A stretch of 64,000 nt of DNA from an uncultured virus (IMG/VR IMGVR_UViG_3300046500_000156) (taxonomy: Duplodnaviria; Heunggongvirae; Uroviricota; Caudoviricetes; Schitoviridae). The position numbers were made by a program, and so were the translations under genes. The notes under the pieces were generated by a model. That model was given only the letters and a program-made list of their open reading frames with translations, was not told where the DNA came from and made no database searches. Where the stretch lies: the IMG/VR virus record IMGVR_UViG_3300046500_000156; one strand, written 5' to 3'. Position 1 is the stretch's first letter. Every line of letters starts with the position of its first letter. Below, piece by piece: positions 7,990 to 14,742 of this stretch.

Positions 7990-8310
7990 TTAGGCAGACT
8001 GTTCCATCGCCTGCTTGATGACAGCCAGCACAGCCTGCCCGCGGTAGTCATTGAACCTGTCGGGCACGACGATGCGGACCATCTTGTCGCCGGCCTGGAT
8101 GGCCTCAACGATTCGGGTCATCTCGGCAATCACCTGTTCATCACTCTGAACAGCCGAATAAAGCCAATCGATGTACTCCTCCTTGGGTAACTCCCGGTAC
8201 AGAACTGAACCGGGCATCACCTCAAAGTAAACTCTGTTGGGCCAACGTCCCTCAGAGTTGGAGATAGTGAAGGGATTGTTAGACAGTTGTGGATGTTGCT
8301 GCATGTTCAC
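7990..8310 (-). CDS. hypothetical protein
   Basis: ORF in early operon. Confidence 0.6.
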   Translation of the reverse strand: MNMQQHPQLSNNPFTISNSEGRWPNRVYFEVMPGSVLYRELPKEEYIDWLYSAVQSDEQVIAEMTRIVEAIQAGDKMVRIVVPDRFNDYRGQAVLAVIKQAMEQSA

Positions 8311-8605
8311 GTACCCATTGAATGCGTTGTTCGTTGAGGTGTTTGCTATTCGTCACCTTCTCCCGCCCGAATTGCTGGACACTTCCGTTATTGAAGGGAA
8401 AGGTGGGATCCAATCCAGCAGCTACGAACTGGTGATCCATTTCTTCCAGGAGAGCGTCTGTACCCGTTTTGCCTGTTGCACTGATCCATTCGACGGCAGA
8501 CCAGCACAGTCCACGTTGGCGACTGAAGATGATTCCTTCCGGAGCACCTGCATCCAGCCAGCCGGCATAGGCCTGGTAGAACTGGGTCAAGAGTTCAGAT
8601 TGCAT
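8279..8605 (-). CDS. hypothetical protein, paralog B
   Basis: QSELLTQFYQAY..WL...FSR..GLC...RIQWVREH. Confidence 0.7.
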   Translation of the reverse strand: MQSELLTQFYQAYAGWLDAGAPEGIIFSRQRGLCWSAVEWISATGKTGTDALLEEMDHQFVAAGLDPTFPFNNGSVQQFGREKVTNSKHLNEQRIQWVREHAATSTTV

Positions 8606-8921
8606 GGTCTTTCACCCATTGGATACGAGCAGGGTTGCGGTGAGCTTCGCCACGATCCACTTCACGGTTGTAGTGCTGTGTCGTTTGATTAAACGGATGC
8701 CAGAAGAGAGTGCAGTAGCCCATGAACTGCTGCGTCAGTTCTTCTTTCAGATCGGGATACTCGATCTGGGCGTTTCGGTTGGCCCATTGACGCAGCGCAC
8801 CACACAATCCGTGGTAGCGGCTGAACTGCATGAGGTCTTCACGAGCACCACCTTCTAACCATTGCAGGTACGCACGGTAGAACTGGGTGAGTAGCTCGCT
8901 CTGTTCTTTTCCTTGGCTCAT
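8595..8921 (-). CDS. hypothetical protein, paralog A
   Basis: QSELLTQFYRAY..WL...FSR..GLC...RIQWVKDH; start at MSQGKE. Confidence 0.7.
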   Translation of the reverse strand: MSQGKEQSELLTQFYRAYLQWLEGGAREDLMQFSRYHGLCGALRQWANRNAQIEYPDLKEELTQQFMGYCTLFWHPFNQTTQHYNREVDRGEAHRNPARIQWVKDHAI

Positions 8922-8934
8922 GTCTTTCCCTGAT

Positions 8935-9240
8935 TCAGGTGGGTACACACATCCGATACGCATCCACTTCGGACTCCGGCACCACCTTGTAGATGGTGTT
9001 CTGGGATTCGTATTCCTGGTTCGAGTGGTCGATATGCACGAGGATGGTGGTGCGGATCTCTTCGCCATACATGAAGACGCGGTGATTGTCCTGACCGTCT
9101 TCAGCCTTGGGCTTGTCGGCCACCATCACCGCTTTGAGCACGAACTTACCTTCCATGCTTCGGCCAGCCATAGGCCAGATCTCAGTGGCCGGCACGAGTC
9201 GAGCATTGGTGACGAACGCCACCTTCTTTCCTTGGCTCAT
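8935..9240 (-). CDS. hypothetical protein (101 aa)
   Basis: ORF in early operon. Confidence 0.65.
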   Translation of the reverse strand: MSQGKKVAFVTNARLVPATEIWPMAGRSMEGKFVLKAVMVADKPKAEDGQDNHRVFMYGEEIRTTILVHIDHSNQEYESQNTIYKVVPESEVDAYRMCVPT

Positions 9241-9242
9241 TT

Positions 9243-9282
9243 TTCTTGGTTCCTTGATTTCAAGAATTCTTGATTTTTCGAT
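9243..9282. repeat. 8-bp box array
   Basis: TTCTTGGT-TCCTTGAT-TTCAAGAA(inverted)-TTCTTGAT-TTTTCGAT. Confidence 0.8.
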
Positions 9283-9297
9283 TCAACACAAACGCGA

Positions 9298-9322
9298 GAA
9301 AGTTCGCCCACGGCGAACTTTC
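9298..9322. repeat. perfect 11-bp hairpin
   Basis: GAAAGTTCGCC-CAC-GGCGAACTTTC. Confidence 0.7.
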
Positions 9323-9339
9323 GAGGCAGGGTAGGGCGC

Positions 9340-9861
9340 TTACACGCCTTCGAACTGATTGACCATCGCCGTCATTTCTTCCTGCTCATCCTCGAAGGCG
9401 ATGTTGTAAGACGGGATGCCGTAGTGCGTGGCCAGACTCACGGCGTTGCCGGTGCCGCCCTGCACATGCCGGCTCGGCGCCCAATAGGCCACGAACCTGA
9501 CCGGGTCATCGAGCTGGGGACCGAGGATGATGGACACGTTCCTCATCATCAGTCGCTGCGCACCCTGCGTGATCGAATCCCAGCGTGGGTGCACGAGCTG
9601 GGCAATCCTCCTGAGCGCGGGCGAATCGGGCGAGACATAGAATCCCTTGCCCTGTCCCTGATTGAATCCGTGCCACGGCAGGTAGATCTCCCGGTGATGC
9701 TGGTCATGGCCCTGTGCCCAGGCCTGATCGGCGCCTTCGGCATGGCCTGACCTGAGTGTCCAGCCCATTTTGTTGAGCTCACAGGCTGCGTTGAACATCC
9801 GGGTGCAGATGTCGTGAGGCGTTTTCCGAGGGCCGATTCCTGCGTATTTCAGTGTGCTCAT
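9340..9861 (-). CDS. SLOG/DprA-like protein
   Basis: YAGIGPRKTP, LRSGHAEGADQA, EIYLPW..FN, GGTGNAV. Confidence 0.8.
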   Translation of the reverse strand: MSTLKYAGIGPRKTPHDICTRMFNAACELNKMGWTLRSGHAEGADQAWAQGHDQHHREIYLPWHGFNQGQGKGFYVSPDSPALRRIAQLVHPRWDSITQGAQRLMMRNVSIILGPQLDDPVRFVAYWAPSRHVQGGTGNAVSLATHYGIPSYNIAFEDEQEEMTAMVNQFEGV

Positions 9862-10021
9862 AGTCTTTGGGCTATCTATGGTCGAAAACCGTCCTCCACC
9901 CCTACTTAGGGTTTTGGAAGTTGGACTATCAATTAGAAATAAATAGGAGGAAAGCGGCATTGTAGCCACTCTCCTCCAAAAGGTGTTTACTGCGTTGTTT
10001 TTGTGATTGTGTGCGTTGCAG

Positions 10022-10426
10022 TTACGCGGCCTTCTCCACCAGACTCAGGTTGATGGCGAACGGGTTCTCGTCAGGCTTGACGCTGACTTCGGTGGTCTCC
10101 TTCACCCTTCTGAGTTGGACTTTGAGGTCGATGAGCACGTCCTCGCCCGGACTCATCGTCTCGGCATACTCCTTCAACTGCTCGACGATGGAGTTGCGTG
10201 CAGCCTGCATCTGGGCAAACTCCTTGTTGGAGCTGCGGGTGTCGAGCGGATCCTGCGTGTCCAGCGGAATGCCCAGCGGCAGGGACAGGAAAATGTCGTC
10301 GCCGTTGACTTCCTTCACGATGCCGACATTCAGCCAGAATTGCGCCTTCGGACGATCCTTCTTGTTGCTGGTCTCGGCTGCGTTGTTATTCTTGTTGCCG
10401 AAGAGGTTCTTGGATTCGATGGGCAT
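10022..10426 (-). CDS. N4 gp2/Drc-like ssDNA-binding RNAPII cofactor
   Basis: KAQFWLNVG...FLSLPLGIPLD...ARN...VQLRRV...NPF; early position. Confidence 0.85.
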   Translation of the reverse strand: MPIESKNLFGNKNNNAAETSNKKDRPKAQFWLNVGIVKEVNGDDIFLSLPLGIPLDTQDPLDTRSSNKEFAQMQAARNSIVEQLKEYAETMSPGEDVLIDLKVQLRRVKETTEVSVKPDENPFAINLSLVEKAA

Positions 10427-10491
10427 GATATTTCCTGAGAGATTTGAGAGAGAGATGCGGAGCGGGATCGCCCCATAAAAACGATGAAACG

Positions 10492-10572
10492 TTACTGACG
10501 GTCTTGCTGAAGCTGTGCTTCGATGTCTTCTACGAGGTCAAAGGGAAGATCATCGAGCAGTTCTTGAGACAT
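10492..10572 (-). CDS. small acidic peptide (26 aa; not in ORF track)
   Basis: MSQELLDDLPFDLVEDIEAQLQQDRQ; RBS AGGTG; first ORF after the hairpin promoter at 10628. Confidence 0.5.
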   Translation of the reverse strand: MSQELLDDLPFDLVEDIEAQLQQDRQ

Positions 10573-10624
10573 GAAAGCACCTGAACAAACGAAAAAGATT
10601 GAGAGAATGGGGAGCTGAGAGACT

Positions 10625-10645
10625 CCCCAACAGCCGCGTAGCGGC
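10625..10645 (-). promoter_or_regulatory. vRNAP hairpin promoter 3
   Basis: Template (+) strand CCCC-AACA-GCCGC-GTA-GCGGC; same geometry as N4 promoters (+1 C, 4 nt, 5-bp stem, GNA triloop). Confidence 0.85.
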
Positions 10646-10652
10646 CAGCAGC

Positions 10653-10922
10653 CTAGGCGAACAGCTTGCGCTTCTTGAAGTACGCAACCATTTCAGCCTC
10701 GGAGCGTGCGTATTGCGCAGCGATGTACTGAAGGGTGACGACGCGGCCAATCTGGGCAAGCTCGTCCTGGATCTGCGTGTGATCCAGTCCTCGTGCCCAT
10801 GAATCTCCGATGAGTTCGTCGGTCGAGTACAGACGGTTGAGTGCCTCGCTACTTTGCTTACCGTAGGCACGAACGTGATGCACATGCTCTTGGCCAAGAC
10901 GGCCGGTGTAATGGAGCGTCAT
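10653..10922 (-). CDS. hypothetical early protein (89 aa)
   Basis: RBS AAGGA before ATG. Confidence 0.65.
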   Translation of the reverse strand: MTLHYTGRLGQEHVHHVRAYGKQSSEALNRLYSTDELIGDSWARGLDHTQIQDELAQIGRVVTLQYIAAQYARSEAEMVAYFKKRKLFA

Positions 10923-10940
10923 ATTCCTTTCCTTGGCTCA

Positions 10941-10972
10941 GAAATGAAAAAGGCCAGCGTAGTAGCTGGCCT
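10941..10972 (-). terminator. intrinsic terminator
   Basis: AGGCCAGC/GCTGGCCT stem plus TTTTTCATTT on the minus strand. Confidence 0.7.
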
Positions 10973-10993
10973 ATGTGTTTGATTCTGTTGCGA

Positions 10994-11218
10994 TTACTTG
11001 TTGCGGATCAACTGAGCATACAGCACATGAAGTTCATCGAGCTCCGAGTCGATGTCCCGGTCGTAATCATGCTGCGTGAGTGATTGATACTGCCCAACTT
11101 CCAGCGCCGGCTTGTCTGCGGTGTACGGTGCAATGCGCTCGGCGCAGATGACTAGTGCGGCACGGATTTGTTCTTGCGTTGCTTTATCGCTGGCGACGAG
11201 CTTGATCGAGAATTCCAT
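10994..11218 (-). CDS. hypothetical early protein (74 aa)
   Basis: AAGGAG RBS; starts MEFSIK. Confidence 0.65.
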   Translation of the reverse strand: MEFSIKLVASDKATQEQIRAALVICAERIAPYTADKPALEVGQYQSLTQHDYDRDIDSELDELHVLYAQLIRNK

Positions 11219-11433
11219 GTTCTTTCTCCTTGGTTCAAACGATTTGATATTGGGTGCAAGCGTAAAAGCGCTTGAGCACGGATTGTAGATGCTGTTCGTC
11301 CATCGCCCGCACACAGAAGGTGCGGCCCGAGGTGAGCGAGCGGACACGAAAGAAGGCCATGGCCTATCCTCTCAATGGACTATCTCAGGGGAAAGCGCCA
11401 GCCCGCTAGGGCTAGGCGCAGCGCACCACCGAC

Positions 11434-11628
11434 TCAGTGCGTGGAGTACCACGGCTGATTGATCGACCACGACAGCCCGAGAAGCATGAGGCCGCCGACT
11501 ACACCAAGGACATCGGACCACGGATTGAACGGATGCAGCACGCCTACTGCCATGAGCACACCCATGAAGATGAAGCAGATGCCCATGACACCGAAAATGA
11601 ACGAGAACAGCACGTCGATTGCACGCAT
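11434..11628 (-). CDS. small two-TM membrane protein (64 aa)
   Basis: GGAGG RBS; two hydrophobic stretches. Confidence 0.65.
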   Translation of the reverse strand: MRAIDVLFSFIFGVMGICFIFMGVLMAVGVLHPFNPWSDVLGVVGGLMLLGLSWSINQPWYSTH

Positions 11629-11690
11629 ACAGCCTCCAGAAATGAAAAAAGACCAATGGATGAACCCAAGATGGCTCATCGATTGGCCCT

Positions 11691-11726
11691 AAAAAGGAAT
11701 GGCCCAGCCTCCGAAGAGACCGAGCC
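11691..11726 (-). terminator. intrinsic terminator with UUCG loop
   Basis: GGCTCGGTCTC-TTCG-GAGGCTGGGCC followed by ATTCCTTTTT. Confidence 0.6.
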
Positions 11727-11735
11727 AACGATTTG

Positions 11736-12074
11736 TTACGCCGGTTGCAGACCGATGTTGTGCGACTTGAGCAGCGCACCGATGCGATCCACAGCCGACT
11801 TGTACTGATCCGTGTACTTCTGATTCTTGTCGAGGAACTCGTCTACACCCTTCTGACGGACGATCTCCTCCATGGCTGCTTCCTGCTGCAAGGTGACGGC
11901 CAGCGATTCCAGACGCACCACATTGCGAGCACGCTGCTCGAGCGATGCCACCTTCACATACTCATCCAACATGCCGATGCCCTGAGTGACCGTACCCAAG
12001 GTCGTGCTGACTGCCACTGCTGCATCCGTGACCGTGCCCAGAACCGTGCCAAACGTCATGCGAGTCGTGCTCAT
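11736..12074 (-). CDS. N4 gp1-like early protein
   Basis: Thr/Val-rich N-terminus (TFGTVLGTVT...GIGML), about 110 aa, first gene after a vRNAP promoter. Confidence 0.7.
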   Translation of the reverse strand: MSTTRMTFGTVLGTVTDAAVAVSTTLGTVTQGIGMLDEYVKVASLEQRARNVVRLESLAVTLQQEAAMEEIVRQKGVDEFLDKNQKYTDQYKSAVDRIGALLKSHNIGLQPA

Positions 12075-12161
12075 GATGAACTCCAATTAGAACCAAGTTT
12101 GAGGAAGAAGGTCCAGCCTAGGATTTAGGCTGAACCCAGAAAAAGAGCGGATTCAAATGCA

Positions 12162-12181
12162 CCCAACAACTGCGTAGCAGT
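12162..12181 (-). promoter_or_regulatory. vRNAP hairpin promoter 2
   Basis: CCC-AACA-ACTGC-GTA-GCAGT on the template strand. Confidence 0.85.
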
Positions 12182-12264
12182 AGGACAGTAATCACTGAGT
12201 TACCACTCGATCAGCACTCACCCTCTATTAGGAGGAGCTGAGTGTGTACTCAGCGTGTATTCAG

Positions 12265-12420
12265 TTAGAACGGAATGTCCGAATCATCGGATGAACCGTA
12301 GTCGATGATGATCTCAACTACCTCATCACACTCACCACACTCAGGACTGTGATCACACATGTAGTCAGACATGTCATCCCAACCCATTCCCATTGCCTCA
12401 ACCTCATGTGCATACAGCAT
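12265..12420 (-). CDS. small acidic Cys/His protein ending DDSDIPF (51 aa)
   Basis: GGAGG RBS; directly downstream of hairpin promoter 1. Confidence 0.7.
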   Translation of the reverse strand: MLYAHEVEAMGMGWDDMSDYMCDHSPECGECDEVVEIIIDYGSSDDSDIPF

Positions 12421-12458
12421 GACCAGCCTCCGATGATTGAATAGCTCAGCACTGAGCA

Positions 12459-12477
12459 CCGCCAGTCGCGTAGCGAC
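12459..12477 (-). promoter_or_regulatory. vRNAP hairpin promoter 1
   Basis: CC-GCCA-GTCGC-GTA-GCGAC on the template strand. Confidence 0.8.
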
Positions 12478-12479
12478 AG

Positions 12480-12750
12480 CGATGCCACAGGCATCAGCGA
12501 CGTGTACGTGTACCAGCCTCAATACATAGGGGTGGCCTGCGAATACAGAGAGAACAGGCATACCGGGGGGGGTAGTGTGCGTGTGTAAAGCCGGAGGGCC
12601 ACACACTGCTACAAGACCTAGCTATGAGAATTCCTGGAAACCGTTGCCTATTTTTTAGGCACTCGCTCGAGCGGGGCGGTCCAAAAAATTGGCCAGAATT
12701 TTTTCTGTATAGGCGAGGTTATTGCTCAGAATTCCCAGATCATCAGGGAG
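12480..12750. other. probable genome terminus / terminal-repeat junction region
   Basis: Divergence point of early (minus) and terminase/late (plus) genes; G8 run at 12565-12572; AAAAAATT-GGCCAG-AATTTTTT palindrome at 12683-12704. Confidence 0.55.
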
Positions 12751-12756
12751 AAAACC

Positions 12757-13050
12757 ATGACAGAAGCGGACTTCGTAGCCAATCTGGGCATACTGTTGCG
12801 CGATCAACCTCGCTTCACGGCGGCTGAGTTGACGGACTGGGCGGTGGCTTACTGGGATGGGGATCGGGTTCAGTTCGTCTTACTGGACGAAGAAGGCCAG
12901 GATCTGGATGAGGGATTCGAGCTCGATGACTTCATCTGGGCGCCCTTGGCGGAGCCGTTTTCCTCCTGGCTCAAGCGTCCTGTGTTCTCCAGGCGCCAGC
13001 AGCTGCAGGACTGGCTGATGGACGCACCGCCGATAGAATCCGGAATCTGA
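12757..13050 (+). CDS. hypothetical protein (97 aa)
   Basis: GGGAG RBS. Confidence 0.65.
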   Translation: MTEADFVANLGILLRDQPRFTAAELTDWAVAYWDGDRVQFVLLDEEGQDLDEGFELDDFIWAPLAEPFSSWLKRPVFSRRQQLQDWLMDAPPIESGI

Positions 13051-13110
13051 CTAAGAAAATCGCTACATCTGATAAGTGTCCAACGATGGGAAGGTTACAC
13101 GGAGGAAGTC

Positions 13111-13269
13111 ATGGAGAGATGGACGTGCACGATCTGCGGGTACATCACTGACGATCTGGAGGAGTTTCATGCCGCGCACTACCGGGAAGACGGTCTCTAT
13201 ATGGAGGAACCGGTGTGTCCGAAGTGCGGGACTGAGGATTCAGTGGTGAGAGTCGGCCAGCCGGAGTAG
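13111..13269 (+). CDS. rubredoxin-like/zinc-ribbon protein (52 aa; not in ORF track)
   Basis: MERWTCTICGY...VCPKCGTE; GGAGG RBS. Confidence 0.7.
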   Translation: MERWTCTICGYITDDLEEFHAAHYREDGLYMEEPVCPKCGTEDSVVRVGQPE

Positions 13270-13632
13270 ACGCAACTACCTGTCTTTCCCCTGGCTCGCC
13301 GTAGAAGGGCGCAGCCCATAAAGACAAAGGAGAGCAACCCCATGGCGAAGGCGCTCTCCCTTGACTCCTGTCTTGATGAACGGTCCAGGCTCCGTATCCC
13401 ATCACCGGCTGGCTACTGACCATGGCACGAATCAGTAGAGGAGTTCGCCGGCTGGAACTGCGGTGGTTATTGTCCCCACGCCCGCTAGGGTATCGACGAA
13501 TCGACTATCGGTGGGGAGCCAGAAAGAAGGAAAGAACTCCCCACAGCCGAACGTTAACATCGGGTAGTCGGTAATACAACGTATTACGGCGGGAATCCAA
13601 CGGGGCGAACCCGTCGATTTGACATTATGGTT

Positions 13633-13815
13633 CTAATGTTGAGTTTTTCGGCGCGTGCCCAGCTGCAGAAAGACCAGCAATAGCAGGGGCAGTAACGCCG
13701 CCAGTGTCAGGGTGGCGTTCTTGGTCTGGGCGTCTACCAGCACCGGCAGCGCCAGTAACAGAAGCAGCAGAAAGAACCGCTGGGGTTTGCTCGTCGCGTT
13801 GTACCAGGTCTGCAT
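13633..13815 (-). CDS. small two-TM membrane protein (60 aa)
   Basis: Two Leu-rich helices with basic termini; GAGGA RBS. Confidence 0.65.
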   Translation of the reverse strand: MQTWYNATSKPQRFFLLLLLLALPVLVDAQTKNATLTLAALLPLLLLVFLQLGTRRKTQH

Positions 13816-14020
13816 GTCTCGTCCTCGGGAGAAAAGCCGTCAGTTTAATACGATGATTCCCCTCGGGTCTGTCCTTGTGCGGCAGCACCATTGGAGGATC
13901 CCTCCCATTCCCATAAGGAAATAGAGTGGGGAAAAAACCATAGACGAATCCTAACATAGACTTTAGACTCCGTTTAGTCCATTTGTGGACTACCGAACAG
14001 ACAAGGGATGACGACGATGG

Positions 14021-14563
14021 GTGATCGAATGGAATCAGCACAGGAAGTGGAAAAAAATTTTGGCGGCGGCAGCTGTCGCGCCGCGGGTACGGCTGGGGGA
14101 TGTCGAGCAAGCTATTCGAGAGGGCAAGGTGACCTACACCGTCCTGCCGAATGGCCGCACGACCGTGTGCTGCATCGAGCTCTTCAATGGCCGCTTCTCG
14201 GTGACGGGCGAGTCGAGCTGCGTGAGCAAGGAAAACTTCAACCAGGCGCTGGGCGAGAAGTTCGCACTGGAGCGCGCGACCGAAGACGTGTGGGCCGTGC
14301 TGGGCGCCGTGCTCGCGTATCGCCTGAACAAGGGCGAGCTCACGTCCACCACCTGGCTGGACCGTCTCAAGGCCGAGGCCAAGAACCGCCGCGCCGAGTT
14401 CGAGCGTCTCCTTACCTTCCTTGGCTCGCCGGCCTACGAGCAGCTGCCCGACCAGGAGCGCCGCGATCTCGTCAAGCAACGCGAGTGCATGGAGGAGCTC
14501 TGCTGGATCCTCGACCGCCGCGTGAAGCGGGCGACGCAGCCGCCAGTCGTTCTGGGCCACTGA
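14021..14563 (+). CDS. N4 gp49/Sf6 gp66-family domain fused to a helical crAss001_48-like domain
   Basis: TTVCCIELFNG.FSVTGESSCVSKENFNQALGEK.A; C-terminal RLKAE...LLTFL....YEQL....R.DL..Q...M......L..R. Confidence 0.75.
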   Translation: MIEWNQHRKWKKILAAAAVAPRVRLGDVEQAIREGKVTYTVLPNGRTTVCCIELFNGRFSVTGESSCVSKENFNQALGEKFALERATEDVWAVLGAVLAYRLNKGELTSTTWLDRLKAEAKNRRAEFERLLTFLGSPAYEQLPDQERRDLVKQRECMEELCWILDRRVKRATQPPVVLGH

Positions 14564-14579
14564 ACCAAAAGGCAAAACC

Positions 14580-14602
14580 GGGGGCTTCGGCCCCCTCTCT
14601 TT
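14580..14602 (+). terminator. intrinsic terminator
   Basis: GGGGGC-TTCG-GCCCCC plus TCTCTTT. Confidence 0.65.
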
Positions 14603-14619
14603 CACTGGGGGCTGTGCAT

Positions 14620-14742
14620 ATGCACTTCATCCAAGCCGTGATCGACATCGCCCAGGGACTCGGGATCGGGTTCCTCGCCTACCTCGGCACTGGCCTGATC
14701 GTGTCGGGCCTGCTGTATCTGCTCAAGAAATTACCATGCTGA
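14620..14742 (+). CDS. small membrane protein (40 aa)
   Basis: Single hydrophobic helix; overlaps next start. Confidence 0.5.
   Translation: MHFIQAVIDIAQGLGIGFLAYLGTGLIVSGLLYLLKKLPC

Noticed and set aside
6016..9282. Short repeats as a CRISPR array
   Set aside because: Units are 8 bp, contiguous, have no spacers, and there are no cas genes.
12480..13620. N15-type hairpin telomere site or tRNA genes near the terminus
   Set aside because: No long perfect palindrome or protelomerase in the window, and no tRNA cloverleaf with a TTCRA loop recognised.
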